Below are positions 18,968 to 29,305 of a stretch of DNA of 64,000 bases, in pieces (within the stretch, counting starts at the first letter, position 1; each line of letters starts with the position of its first letter). Origin of the DNA: Candidatus Zhuqueibacterota bacterium (GTDB taxonomy: Bacteria > Zhuqueibacterota > Zhuqueibacteria > JANLFK01 > Oleimicrobiaceae); the NCBI GenBank assembly GCA_024655945.1, contig JANLFK010000004.1, positions 545-64,544 of the forward strand, in the 5' to 3' direction. The translations under genes and the position numbers were made by a program. The notes under the pieces are model-generated. The model had not been told where the DNA came from. It saw only the letters and a list, made by a program, of their open reading frames with translations, and did no database searches.

Positions 18968-21166
18968 CTAGCGGAGGAGCACCAGTTTGCGACAGCGCAC
19001 CTGTCGGTGCCCTATTTGCAGCCGATAGAGGTAGACGCCGCTTCCTAATGACTTGCCCCAGTCATCGCGTGCATCCCAGACGATGCGGTAGTAGCCGACA
19101 TCGTGCCATCCGCTTGCCAAGGTGCGCACCGCCTGGCCCGTGGCATTGATGAGAGTGAGGCTCACCTCCCCGGCTTGCGGGACAGCGTACTCAATGGTGG
19201 TTGCGGCATTGAAGGGATTGGGGTAGTTCTGGGCCAAGTGCCAGTCCTCGACGACGACCGGCTCCGGCCGGCGGCGCACGGTGAGGGACAAAGGTACCTC
19301 AGCCACGGGCATGGTCGTGTCGTTGGTGGTGATGGTGAGAAGACCGGGATAGTCGCCAGGAGCAAGCGTGGCTGCCGATACTTTGACGCCCAGATCGACC
19401 GAGCTGCTGGGTGCAATGACGCCCGCCGGACGCGCAAGGCTGAGCCATCCGGCGCTGCGCACGCCAAAGCCCACGCGGCGCATCGTCTCGATGTCCTCGC
19501 CGTGGTCGACGAACATGGTACGCTGCCCGTCGCTGACTAGGATTTCGTCCACGAAAAAGCCTACCAGCGTGGAGTCGTCCAGCGTGCAGAGGCCCATGTC
19601 GGAGGCAAAAGCGAAGCGAATCACCACGCTGTCTGCCTTGTAGGCTGCGAGGTCAAATTCCACGGGCCGCCAGCCGCCGCTCTTGCCGGTCCAGCCTGGG
19701 ATACCCACGCCCATGTTCCAGCCCTGTTCGGCATTGCCAAAGCTCCACAGGCTACGACGGTCATAGGGGGGCGAGACAGGCTCGGCCACGCGGAAGGTGC
19801 GGCCGTTGTCGATGGAGACCCACACGTTGCATCCATCCCAGCCGTCCCAAGGGGCTTCGGCGCCGCCGGGGTCCTCCACCGCCCACATCCCCATCCAGCG
19901 CAGGCGGGGTGCCGAGGTGCGCGACAAGTTGAGGGGCGGCGTCTCCAAATACTGCAGCCAGTGATTCTCGTACCCCTTGATGGCCGGGTCGCCACACCAC
20001 CAGCTCGACGAATCGTACGCCAGAAAGGGGCTGGGGTGGAACATGACCGGCAACTGATAGTCGATGGCTGAGTACTCAAGGGGAGTGGCGCCGAGGTTGC
20101 TCAGCGTTACGGTAGCGGTAGTGGAATCTCCCGGGTAGAGCGAAAGCTCCAGGCGTGCAGGTGCGATGGCCAAAGCGCCACCGGTGAGCGCATCCCAGAT
20201 GAAAGGCATGTAACGGCCCATCCCGCAATTGCCCCGCTTGATGCAGAAATACCCTTTGTCTCCCCAAGAGGGTCCCCAGCTGTTCTTGCAAATCCAGCTC
20301 TGTTCATAGTCGTTCCACCCGACAATCAAGATGCCGTGACCACCGAGCTCTTTGCCCGACACGTGTTCATACACGCCGCCTGCGTACGCGGTAAAGTCTT
20401 CGTACACCGTGAAGTGGGCCGAGACGGGATGGCGGTAGACTGCCGCCTTGATGTTTGCGATGAGAGCTTCCTCAAAGGTGATGTACCCCCAGCCAGGGAT
20501 CTTCACTGCCTGGGAGCGCCAGTCTTTGCAGGCCTCGGCACAGGGGACTTTGTCATCTGCTTTGTAGGGCATACATTTCTCCGGCGGGATTCCGGTGGTG
20601 CGGGCGAACTCGAGCACTGCACCAATGTCCCCTCCGGAACAGGAGCCGATCCCGGCGCAGGAGAGGACGAACTGCTCGGAGAGGTCCACGGGCGGTGTGA
20701 GCGTCTGGGTATGGATCATCCACCAGGACTCGATTTGCGCAACCGCCGAAAAGTCCCAGCAACTACCGCATGCCCCCTGATCGCGCACCCCACTGACCCA
20801 GTTGCCGTTGTTGGTGCGCCAGTCGAACACTGGCGGAAGCTGCGCTGGGCGTTGCAGTACCAGAAGGGTGGCGATGGTTGGATCGGGCGGCGCGAGCGAG
20901 GTGCCGCATAGCGCCTGCTGCTCTGCAAAGGAAAGCTCGCTCACCCAATTGCTTGCCGCGCGCCATTGCGCGCCGCGCTCGCCGATGGCCCGTTTCAGAG
21001 CGCTGAGCTCCTGTGCCCATGCGTGGGAGGCGACCAAGAAAAGGGGCAAGAACACTGCCCACGCGCCCCTTGCCCAGCACCTCCTTCCTGGCCGGAGGAG
21101 CCTCTGAGGCCCTGGCTTAGCGCAAGTCAGTGAAGACTGCATACGTCGCCTTGTCGTGATTGCCAC
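18968..21166 (-). CDS. secreted papain-family (C1A) cysteine peptidase with T9SS C-terminal sorting domain
   Basis: Catalytic Cys motif CGSCWDFSAVAQIES plus downstream His/Asn region; C-terminal 80 aa NYPNPFNAATTIEYAV...GVYLYRLQIG matches the Por/T9SS CTD pattern. Confidence 0.75.
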   Translation of the reverse strand: MAITTRRRMQSSLTCAKPGPQRLLRPGRRCWARGAWAVFLPLFLVASHAWAQELSALKRAIGERGAQWRAASNWVSELSFAEQQALCGTSLAPPDPTIATLLVLQRPAQLPPVFDWRTNNGNWVSGVRDQGACGSCWDFSAVAQIESWWMIHTQTLTPPVDLSEQFVLSCAGIGSCSGGDIGAVLEFARTTGIPPEKCMPYKADDKVPCAEACKDWRSQAVKIPGWGYITFEEALIANIKAAVYRHPVSAHFTVYEDFTAYAGGVYEHVSGKELGGHGILIVGWNDYEQSWICKNSWGPSWGDKGYFCIKRGNCGMGRYMPFIWDALTGGALAIAPARLELSLYPGDSTTATVTLSNLGATPLEYSAIDYQLPVMFHPSPFLAYDSSSWWCGDPAIKGYENHWLQYLETPPLNLSRTSAPRLRWMGMWAVEDPGGAEAPWDGWDGCNVWVSIDNGRTFRVAEPVSPPYDRRSLWSFGNAEQGWNMGVGIPGWTGKSGGWRPVEFDLAAYKADSVVIRFAFASDMGLCTLDDSTLVGFFVDEILVSDGQRTMFVDHGEDIETMRRVGFGVRSAGWLSLARPAGVIAPSSSVDLGVKVSAATLAPGDYPGLLTITTNDTTMPVAEVPLSLTVRRRPEPVVVEDWHLAQNYPNPFNAATTIEYAVPQAGEVSLTLINATGQAVRTLASGWHDVGYYRIVWDARDDWGKSLGSGVYLYRLQIGHRQVRCRKLVLLR

Positions 21167-22586
21167 GCCAGTACTCCAGGTTAAAGTCGCAGATCTCCAG
21201 CCAGCGATAGCAGGCCTGCTTGCCTTTTTCGACCTTCACGAGCAGCACCCCGTTTGTGCCCCAGTTGTTGATTTCACCAAACGGATTCGCGCCCAGGGGA
21301 AAGAGGCCCAGCCCGTCGGTCCGGCCGGCGAGGGCGGGCTTGGGTGCGATGCGCTTTTCGGTGTAGCCCAGTGGTTCGGCCCGAAATACGCTCACCAGCG
21401 CGTTGGGCAGTGGGCGATAATCAGCATCCAGCACCAGGAGTTCGTTCTCTGCCGGCAGATCGAGCAGGTACTCGCCGAAGTGGCCGCGGCGCACCCCTTT
21501 GTCGCGATTCAGGGAGGCAGCGGTGTGCTCGCAGAAGAAGTGCACTTCATCTTGGGGCAGGTAGATGCCTGTGTGCATGAGGCAGAGCCGGTATTTCGAC
21601 CGATAGGCCTCATGGTTGACCAGATTCTGTTCGGCCGTGACGTCCAGGCAATAGAGGTCGATGCGCCCGAGCTGGTGCCCGAGCTCGTGAATCAGTGACC
21701 ACTCGTGGGCAATTGCCCAAGGGTTCTTCTCGTAGAACTGGTCGGTCAGGTAGGTCGCCTTGAAGCCCCAACGCCCGTCCCACTCCAGGTCCTCCGGGGC
21801 ATGCGTGCCCTCCGGGTCCAATTCTCCGTCCGGGTGGATGGTAATCATGTCCAGGCGCACGCGCTCTTCCACGCCGTGGGGAGTAGTGGGATAGACTGCG
21901 GCGCGAAACAGGTCGTTCATCAGTGCTATCTGGCTCTGGGCCCAGTCCTCCCACGAGTAGGTTCCCCATGAGTTCTTGACGGTGCGAAAATAGTCGTAGA
22001 GCGCGCGCTCCACATGGAAATGGAAAGAGAGCGCATCGGTGCGCTCGGTGAGTTGGTTGTTGCGCTGGCTGATTTCAGGGATCACATCTTGCGGGTCCAC
22101 CTGGAACGAGACGGTGTGAGGGCCTTCTTGCCAGCGCCAGACCAGCTTAAAGACCGCTTCCTGCTCAGGAAGGAGCGGCTCCCCTTGCGGGGCCGCAACA
22201 ATCCGCCCGTCGATCGTCCACAGAGAGCCAAAGCCGGGAGCCGGGGCCTCGCCGTGGTTTCGCACGTGAGCGATAAAGGTGACGGTGTCGCCTGGAGCCG
22301 GCCAGCGCTTCTTTGTTTGCTCCTCTGCCGTCAGGTAGGGTCGCACGTCACCTACCAGGCCATCCGCGCGCTCATGGTAGGAGACGACCAGCCGCGGATA
22401 GCGGGGGGTGCGGCTGATGAAGGTGACATCGAGATCGGGGAGGTCACTCGGCTTGCCGGTGGCAGGGAAGAGCTGCCCCGGCCAGGCGGCCGGCATTGCG
22501 ATCAGCGCCAGCAGTAGCCATCTTTGCACGCCATCTCTCCTTGTTTGCCACGTCCCATGCCCCCGGTCGTTGTCCCCGTTTCTCAT
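21117..22586 (-). CDS. secreted zinc metallopeptidase (HExxH) with N-terminal CARDB-like domain
   Basis: HEWSLIHELGHQLG zinc-binding motif; signal peptide-like LLLALIAMPAAWP near N-terminus (true start probably internal GTG/ATG ~22496-22526). Confidence 0.6.
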   Translation of the reverse strand: MRNGDNDRGHGTWQTRRDGVQRWLLLALIAMPAAWPGQLFPATGKPSDLPDLDVTFISRTPRYPRLVVSYHERADGLVGDVRPYLTAEEQTKKRWPAPGDTVTFIAHVRNHGEAPAPGFGSLWTIDGRIVAAPQGEPLLPEQEAVFKLVWRWQEGPHTVSFQVDPQDVIPEISQRNNQLTERTDALSFHFHVERALYDYFRTVKNSWGTYSWEDWAQSQIALMNDLFRAAVYPTTPHGVEERVRLDMITIHPDGELDPEGTHAPEDLEWDGRWGFKATYLTDQFYEKNPWAIAHEWSLIHELGHQLGRIDLYCLDVTAEQNLVNHEAYRSKYRLCLMHTGIYLPQDEVHFFCEHTAASLNRDKGVRRGHFGEYLLDLPAENELLVLDADYRPLPNALVSVFRAEPLGYTEKRIAPKPALAGRTDGLGLFPLGANPFGEINNWGTNGVLLVKVEKGKQACYRWLEICDFNLEYWRGNHDKATYAVFTDLR

Positions 22587-24706
22587 GGGGTCGACTGCGG
22601 TCTTGCCACTTGACGATAGACCTCTGCCTCCACGAACAGGCGGAAGAGTTCAGCATCGAGGAGGCCAGCCCGCACCTCGGCGGTAAGGATGTCCAGAGCC
22701 TTTTCGGGCGGCACCGCCTTCTTGTAGGGGCGATCCCACGCGGTAAGGGCGTCGTAGATATCGGCGATGGCCATCATCCTGGACTGCACGGGGATCTCCG
22801 GGGCGGAAAGACGGCGCGGGTAGCCGCTGCCGTCCAACTTCTCATGATGCGCGTAGGCGATCTCGGGCACCGGCTTCAGCTCCGAGGTCCAAGGGATCTT
22901 GCTCAAGAAGTTGTAGGTATGAGTGACGTGGGACTCGATTTCGGCGCGCTCCTCGTCGCTCAAACTCCCCTTGGCGATGGAGAGCAACTTGACCTCCTCC
23001 TCGTCCAGGTAGCGGATGCGTTCGCCGTCATCTTCGTACCAGAGCTGCGCAATCGCAAGAAGCTTGTCCAGACCACCTTGCTGCAGCACCGTCGGTTCGT
23101 TTGCCCGGATGATGAACTCCAGGTAATCGTCCAGCTCGCGCAGCCGGCGCGCGAACTCTTCGTCGAGGTAGGCGCACGCCCGCAAGGCTTCTTCGCGCGA
23201 GGTGGTCAGGAAGTACTTCACCTTTTCGGCCGTGTAGCGCTGCTGCAAAGCCCGCCTGAGGTAGCGAAACCTCCCTTTGATGATTTCCAGCTGCGCGGGG
23301 TAAAGCTTTTTCGCCTTCACCAGCACGTGCTCGCGCACGCCAATCTTGCCAAAGTCGTGCAGCAAGCCCGCGTACTTGATCTGCTGGATCTGGTCGCGGG
23401 TAAAGTGCACGGCGCGGTACGGCCCAGTCTCGACGCGGTCGACCACCTCAGCGATGCCCACCGACAGGGTTGCTACCCGCTCCGAGTGGCCGTAGGTGGT
23501 GGGATCTCGCTGTTCAATGGCCAGCACAGAGGCGCGCACGAAGCCTTCGAACAGCTCCCTTATCTCTTGGTACAGGCGTGTGTTCTCGATGGCCACTGCT
23601 GCCTGGCTGGCTAAGGACGACGCCAAGTGCACGCACTTGTCGTCGAAGGGCAGGATCTCCTGCTCGATGGCCTCTGGACCGGTCAGCTTGGCTTCCCAAT
23701 GCCGCTTGCGGTTGATGAGCTGCAGCACGCCAATCACTTCCCCCTTGTGCGTGCGCATGGGGATGCCGAGGATGGACTTGGTGCGGTAGCCGGTGCTCAG
23801 GTCGAAGCTGCGGTTGTGGCTGAACTCGGCATCCTCTGGCAGGGCGTAGGCATCCTCGATGTTCAACGGCTCCCCGGTGAGGGCCACATAGCCGGCAATG
23901 CTCCGCTTTTCGATGGGCATGACGAACTCGTTGTAGCTGATCTGCAACGAGTCGTTATGGGAGAGCTTGAAGCGGAGCTGCTTGTTGGCAAAGGGGTTGC
24001 GCTCACCAACGGGCGCACCGGGGATCTGCTCCACGAGGTAAAGGCTGCCTGCGTCTGCCCAGGTGATCTCTCTGCTCTTGCGCAGAATCATCTCCAGAAG
24101 CACGTCCAAGTCGCGTTCCGAGGAGAGAGCAATGCCTATCTGGTTCAGCTCGTGGAGGTCTTGCGCCTGTTCTTCCAACTGGGAGGCGAGGGTGCGGAGC
24201 TCGCGGCGAAGCTGCAGGTGGGACTGGGCGTTTTGCACCAAGCGCACCAGGCGCAGCGGCGAAGCGTTCGGCTCCAACACGTCAAAGACAAGGCTCGGGT
24301 CGAGGCTGGCCGACACGCCATCTCCCAGGACCGCCAAGAGGAGGTGCTCCCCCTGCCAGCCTTTACGCACCGCCGCAGTCACCTCCTGTGCGGCAATCGC
24401 CTGCGGGTGCGCGATGAGGAGGCATGGGTGGTCGCCGTCGAGCCTTCGCAACAGCTCTGCATCGGAAAGTGCCACAAAGAAGTCGACTTCGCGCCCCAAC
24501 AGTTGCCGCGCCTCGGCGAAAGGGAGGCCGGCCTCGTCCCCGCGAACGATCACCTGAAAGCTGTGCATGACCACCTGCCGGACAGTGATGTCTTCTATGC
24601 TTGCCGACGAAATATACCACGCGGCAAGCAGAATTTCAACCGCTTTCTCCCGTGCCGGACCCAGGGGCGGCACGCGCCGTTCCGGCGCGGGCAGTGAGGT
24701 AGACAC
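22583..24706 (-). CDS. HD-GYP domain phosphodiesterase with GAF domain and N-terminal receiver-like region
   Basis: HD motif GLLHDFGKIG, HHEKLDGSGYPRRL (GYP), central GAF-like region; 707 aa. Confidence 0.7.
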   Translation of the reverse strand: MSTSLPAPERRVPPLGPAREKAVEILLAAWYISSASIEDITVRQVVMHSFQVIVRGDEAGLPFAEARQLLGREVDFFVALSDAELLRRLDGDHPCLLIAHPQAIAAQEVTAAVRKGWQGEHLLLAVLGDGVSASLDPSLVFDVLEPNASPLRLVRLVQNAQSHLQLRRELRTLASQLEEQAQDLHELNQIGIALSSERDLDVLLEMILRKSREITWADAGSLYLVEQIPGAPVGERNPFANKQLRFKLSHNDSLQISYNEFVMPIEKRSIAGYVALTGEPLNIEDAYALPEDAEFSHNRSFDLSTGYRTKSILGIPMRTHKGEVIGVLQLINRKRHWEAKLTGPEAIEQEILPFDDKCVHLASSLASQAAVAIENTRLYQEIRELFEGFVRASVLAIEQRDPTTYGHSERVATLSVGIAEVVDRVETGPYRAVHFTRDQIQQIKYAGLLHDFGKIGVREHVLVKAKKLYPAQLEIIKGRFRYLRRALQQRYTAEKVKYFLTTSREEALRACAYLDEEFARRLRELDDYLEFIIRANEPTVLQQGGLDKLLAIAQLWYEDDGERIRYLDEEEVKLLSIAKGSLSDEERAEIESHVTHTYNFLSKIPWTSELKPVPEIAYAHHEKLDGSGYPRRLSAPEIPVQSRMMAIADIYDALTAWDRPYKKAVPPEKALDILTAEVRAGLLDAELFRLFVEAEVYRQVARPQSTP

Positions 24707-25556
24707 CTGCCAAGATCACCATACCGCCAAGTGCCTTGGTAGCGGAAACGGTCTCGGCGAGGATGAAGTAGGCCAGTACCGTGGCCCCCACCGGTTCGCC
24801 CAGGACCAGCACAGACACCACCGAGGCCGGCAGGAAACGCAGACCATAGTTGAAGCTGGTGTGGCCGATCACCTGGGGTACCAGGCCGATCAGCAGAAGG
24901 AGGAGCAAGGTACTGGTCGGATATGGCCAGAGGCGTGCGCCGCTGAGCAGGGCGAGCGCCGTGAGCAGGATAGCGGCCGTGCTGTACACGACCGCGGCGT
25001 AGTGCAAGATGCCGATCGTCGCCCGCAGCCGCCTTCCCGCCAGCCAGTAGCCTGCTGCCCCCACCGCTCCGGCTAAGGCCAGAAGGTCCCCTCGCAGAGT
25101 GTCCACCCCTAAGCCCCAATCCTGGCCGGCGATGATAATGCCCCCGAGCATGGCCAAACCGATGCCCAGCCAGAGAAGAGGCGGCACACTCTCGCGGAGA
25201 AGGAGGCGCGAACCCAAGGCGACGAATATCGGCGCCGTTTGCACCAAGACCACAGAACTGGCAACCGAAGTGTAGCGCAGTGAGGTGATCCAGGTGGCGA
25301 AATGCAGGCAGAGGAAGGCACCGGAGGCAATTGCTATGCGGAGCTGCGGCGGCGAGAAGGGGCGGAGAGGCGACCAGCCCTTCACCAGCGTGGCGGCCAC
25401 GAACACGAAAGCCGCAATGGTCAAGCGGTAGGCAGCGATTGCCAACGGCGGCGCAGCGCAGAGCTTGATGAGGATGGAGGCCAAAGACACCGCCAGCAGG
25501 CCGACGAGCACCAGGGCCCAGATCAAGCGCGCGCGCTGTTGGGAAGAAGAGGGCAT
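24636..25556 (-). CDS. EamA/DMT-superfamily permease
   Basis: 10 predicted TM helices in two EamA-like repeats; 306 aa. Confidence 0.65.
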   Translation of the reverse strand: MPSSSQQRARLIWALVLVGLLAVSLASILIKLCAAPPLAIAAYRLTIAAFVFVAATLVKGWSPLRPFSPPQLRIAIASGAFLCLHFATWITSLRYTSVASSVVLVQTAPIFVALGSRLLLRESVPPLLWLGIGLAMLGGIIIAGQDWGLGVDTLRGDLLALAGAVGAAGYWLAGRRLRATIGILHYAAVVYSTAAILLTALALLSGARLWPYPTSTLLLLLLIGLVPQVIGHTSFNYGLRFLPASVVSVLVLGEPVGATVLAYFILAETVSATKALGGMVILAGVYLTARAGTARAAPGSGTGESG

Positions 25557-25560
25557 ACGC

Positions 25561-26490
25561 CTAATCTCGTTCCCGCAATGAAACAGTTACGCTCATCAGG
25601 TCTGAGGCGACCTCGGTTTGCGCGAATAGCGCCCGACTCTCACTGAGCAGCGGCGAACCATCGTCCACATAGCGCGCGCTGATATGGGTGAGAAAGAGGC
25701 GACGCGCGCCGGCTTGTGCCGCAATTTCCGCCGCCTGCTGCGCCGTGGAGTGGCCGGTCTCACGAGCACGATCGTCCTCGTCTTGGGCAAAAGTGCCGTC
25801 GTGGATGAGGAGGTCAGCCCGCTTCGCCAGCAAGGCGGCGGAAGCGCACGGCCTAGTATCCACACAGTAGGCAACCCTGCGCCCCCGACGAGGTGGCCCA
25901 ACCACGGCCTCGGGTTTGACGAGCCTGCCATTGGAAAGGACGACCGGCTCGCCCCGTACCAATGCGGCTCGCTCTGGTCCCTCGGGGATGCCCAACCGCG
26001 TCGCCATCTCCGCATCGAATTTCCCCGGCAGGTCATTTTCCACGAAACAGAAGCCGAGGCAGAACGTGGTGTGCTCCAAAGCCCGCACCTCCAGCGTTGC
26101 TTTCGCCAGGCGCAGCGCCAGATAATCCTGCTGCGGCGTCACCTCCGTGATGTGCAGGTCAAACGACGGCCGGGTGCCGGTTAGTCGCTGAGTCGTGCGC
26201 AGGTACTCGCTCAGGCCCTGCGGCCCCACCAGTTGCAGGGGCGCCACACGAGACATCAGCGTCTGCGAGGCCAGAAGCCCGGGCAGACCGAAAAAGTGGT
26301 CACCGTGCAGGTGGGAAATGCAGATGCAGGCGATCTTGTGGGGCGACAAGCCGGCGCGCTGCAGCTGAAACTGCGTGCCCTCACCGCAGTCGAAGAGAGT
26401 GATGATCCCATTGTGGGAGAGGGCCACCGCCGGAAGCGCGCGCTTGGGCATGGGTAAAGAGGCGCCGGTGCCGAGAAAGGTGACTTGCAC
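25561..26490 (-). CDS. rnz: ribonuclease Z (metallo-beta-lactamase fold tRNA 3-prime endonuclease)
   Basis: MQVTFLGTGASLP start, HxHxDH motif ISHLHGDHFFGLPGLL, 309 aa. Confidence 0.8.
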   Translation of the reverse strand: MQVTFLGTGASLPMPKRALPAVALSHNGIITLFDCGEGTQFQLQRAGLSPHKIACICISHLHGDHFFGLPGLLASQTLMSRVAPLQLVGPQGLSEYLRTTQRLTGTRPSFDLHITEVTPQQDYLALRLAKATLEVRALEHTTFCLGFCFVENDLPGKFDAEMATRLGIPEGPERAALVRGEPVVLSNGRLVKPEAVVGPPRRGRRVAYCVDTRPCASAALLAKRADLLIHDGTFAQDEDDRARETGHSTAQQAAEIAAQAGARRLFLTHISARYVDDGSPLLSESRALFAQTEVASDLMSVTVSLRERD

Positions 26491-26675
26491 GTCTGGCTTC
26501 GGCCTCCCGTTACGACCTCAGCGCGCCGCCGGTGTCAGACTGCTTCGCCGCTCGCGCAGCCCGAGCGGCTATGTCCAAGGTCGCCCGGACCTGCGCTGAC
26601 CCGCACGTTGGCTTCGCTGGTTCTTCGCTGGCTATTGGCATTGTCTTTCCACGTGGCACAGCAAGGCGGCTCTGC

Positions 26676-27332
26676 CTATTCGCGCGCTGCAGTCTGAGCA
26701 TCTTGTCGCTTGCTCCCGAAGCGGTTCTCGGTGCCGGCCAGGAGCCTGCGGATGTTACTCCGATGGGCAAAAACGATGAGCGCCGCGACGAGCGCCGCGA
26801 ACACCAACAAGTACGGATCCGCGGGCCAATGAAACGCTGCCCTGAAGAGGACGAGCAATGCGGGGAGGAGGGTCACTGCGGTGAGCGAGGCCAAGGAGAC
26901 ATAGCGAGTGGCGAAGGCCACCGCGAAAAACACCACTGCGCAGATGAGGGTAGCCAAAGGATAGAGCGCAAGCATTACGCCGGCACCGGTGCCGACCCCT
27001 TTGCCGCCGCGGAACCCCGCGAACACGGTGTAGATGTGGCCCACCACTGCGCTGGTCCCGGCCAAGATTTGCACAAGAGCAGGGTGACCGGGAATGGCTG
27101 CGAAAGCCAGCGGGGCGATGAATCGCGCTGCGACAAATCCCTTGCCCACGTCGACTATCATCACCAGCAGGGCAAGTCGCCAGCCCAACACGCGCAGCAC
27201 ATTTGTGGCGCCGGCGTTGCCACTGCCATAATCGCGAATGTCGATGCCCCGAAAGAGTCTGCTGACGATGATGCTGGTCGGGACGGATCCCGCCAAGTAG
27301 CTCAGCACCATCACGATGGGTAGGTTCAACAT
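26676..27332 (-). CDS. plsY: glycerol-3-phosphate acyltransferase PlsY
   Basis: YLAGSVPTSIIV, GSGNAGATNVLR, 218 aa multi-TM. Confidence 0.85.
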   Translation of the reverse strand: MLNLPIVMVLSYLAGSVPTSIIVSRLFRGIDIRDYGSGNAGATNVLRVLGWRLALLVMIVDVGKGFVAARFIAPLAFAAIPGHPALVQILAGTSAVVGHIYTVFAGFRGGKGVGTGAGVMLALYPLATLICAVVFFAVAFATRYVSLASLTAVTLLPALLVLFRAAFHWPADPYLLVFAALVAALIVFAHRSNIRRLLAGTENRFGSKRQDAQTAARE

Positions 27333-27367
27333 CGCCTTGGCCTCTCCTAACGTGCGAGCGGTTGGCC

Positions 27368-29224
27368 TCAGGGACCTTCCATACCCAGCACGGCGACTGC
27401 CGCGGCTCCAGGTCCTACATGCGCGCCGAGCACCGGGGCGGCATCGACGACCCAGATCCCTTGCTGGCCGGTGGCCGCCTCGAGGCGTGCAGCCAGCCAG
27501 TTCCCAAGCTCCGGAGCGTGCGAGTGCGCCACGGCAAAGCGGGGCGCGGCAAATCGTCGGGCATGGCGGAGCACCAGCTTGAGAATCTTCTCCAGAGCCA
27601 TCTTCCCCCCAAAGGTCTTTGCCACCTCCACCGCCTGGCCCTGTTCGTCAAGGCTGATGACCGGTTTGATGCCGAGAAGGGTGCCGATGCCGGCCTTCAG
27701 CCAACTGACCCGGCCACTGCGCAGCAAGTAGCGCAGCGTCGGCACAGCTAAGAAGATGCGCACATTGTCCGCAGCCCGCTGCACGCGCTCCACAACCTCA
27801 TCTACGTCAAGCCCCCGTCGGATGGCCTCCACCGCCTGCTCAACAACCAGGCCTAAGGCGATGGAAGCGCTTTTCCCGTCCACCACATGCAGCCTCTTCC
27901 TTGGGCACCGCTGCGCAGCAATCCTTGCGGCCTGCAGGGTACCGCTCAAGGCCCCGGCAAGGTGGATTGCCACCACGGACTGATGCTTCGCTAAGGCTTG
28001 GCGATAGATGGGCAGAATGTCTCCCGGTGCCGGCTGCGAGGTAGTTGGATGGACGGCCTCGGTGAGGAGTTTCTTATAGAAAGCATCCGGCTGCAGTTCC
28101 ACCTTGTCCAGGTAAGACTGGGCGCCGAAGTGCACGGTGAGCGGCACCACCAGAATATTGTGTTGCTTCATGAACTCGTCGGGCAAATCGCAGGAACTGT
28201 CCGTAACCACCGCAATGCCCTTGCGCTTTGGTTGCGCCTTCGGGATGCGTTGTGCGCGCATGTCGTCAATCTTGACTGCGGAAACCTGGCCGTACCTCGC
28301 CAGGAGTTGCAATGCGGCTTGCGGGTCATCGGTGTGCAGGTGGATGCGCATTTTGGCGCTCCGACCGGCAACGATGAGCGAGTCGCCCAGTGGGCCCAGC
28401 AGCGAGGCCAGGCGGCGGCGCCCAGCGCGGGATTCCGACAGCAGACACTCCGTGCAAAACCGATACTTTGACTCTTCTGGTGATTCTGTGCGCGGCGGGC
28501 GGAAGCGGTGCGCGATGCGGCGTCGCAATGCTGCGCCGCGAATGCGACCGGTCTCGATAAAGTCGACAATCCCCTCCAGAAGGTGTACAAAACCTTGCGC
28601 TCCCGCGTCGACCACGCCTGCGCGTGCCAGCACGTCAAGCTTGCGAGGTGTCTCGGCCAGGGAGCGGCGTGCCTCGCCCAACGAGTCGCGGAGGAGCTCG
28701 GCAAAGTCACTCTTGCGCTCTGCGTGACGATGGAAATGAGCAGCCCAGTCGCGCATCACCGTGATGATGGTGCCCTCTCGCGGATTGGCGATGGCCTGGC
28801 GTGCACGCTCGGCCGCGCGCAACACTGCTCTGCCGAAGGCGCGGGTGGATACCCGCCACTTGCCGCGCAACTCTTGGCGCAGGCCCTCAAAGAACTGAGC
28901 GAGAATCGCCCCGGAGTTTCCTCGCGCCCCATTGAGGGCTGACTCAGCAGCTACCTTGCCGACATCGGCGATGGAACGTCCGTCGCACTGCGCCACAGCC
29001 TCAGCGACCGACGACATCGTGGTGGCCATGTTCGTGCCGGTGTCGGCATCGGCCACCGGGAAGACGTTGATCACGTCCAGTTCCCGCTGCGCGCGAATCA
29101 CAAAATGAGAGCCGGCGACGATCGCCCGCTTCAGGCGCTGCCCGTCCAAATAGCGTATCTTTGTTTCCCTTGCTCTTGGTGCCGTTGTTAACGCCCTTTC
29201 TGCACAACGTTCGCCCGCAGGCAA
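27368..29224 (-). CDS. DAK2 domain - DegV domain fusion protein (fatty-acid-binding DegV family)
   Basis: N-terminal Dak2 motif VFPVADADTGTNM; C-terminal DegV motif IAVVTDSSCDLP...VHPTTSQPAPGD; 618 aa. Confidence 0.7.
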   Translation of the reverse strand: MPAGERCAERALTTAPRARETKIRYLDGQRLKRAIVAGSHFVIRAQRELDVINVFPVADADTGTNMATTMSSVAEAVAQCDGRSIADVGKVAAESALNGARGNSGAILAQFFEGLRQELRGKWRVSTRAFGRAVLRAAERARQAIANPREGTIITVMRDWAAHFHRHAERKSDFAELLRDSLGEARRSLAETPRKLDVLARAGVVDAGAQGFVHLLEGIVDFIETGRIRGAALRRRIAHRFRPPRTESPEESKYRFCTECLLSESRAGRRRLASLLGPLGDSLIVAGRSAKMRIHLHTDDPQAALQLLARYGQVSAVKIDDMRAQRIPKAQPKRKGIAVVTDSSCDLPDEFMKQHNILVVPLTVHFGAQSYLDKVELQPDAFYKKLLTEAVHPTTSQPAPGDILPIYRQALAKHQSVVAIHLAGALSGTLQAARIAAQRCPRKRLHVVDGKSASIALGLVVEQAVEAIRRGLDVDEVVERVQRAADNVRIFLAVPTLRYLLRSGRVSWLKAGIGTLLGIKPVISLDEQGQAVEVAKTFGGKMALEKILKLVLRHARRFAAPRFAVAHSHAPELGNWLAARLEAATGQQGIWVVDAAPVLGAHVGPGAAAVAVLGMEGP

Positions 29225-29305
29225 CTTGCTTCCTCTCGCCCCGATTGCGCGCCCCGCGCGTTTGATCTCTCCTCGCAGCGCGGTCCTTTGCCGCGCTGGC
29301 GTTCC

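Noticed and set aside
25596-26184. ORFs 25596..26036(-) and 25684..26184(+) as separate genes
   Set aside because: Both overlap the RNase Z coding region, which has the HxHxDH motif, in other frames or on the other strand.
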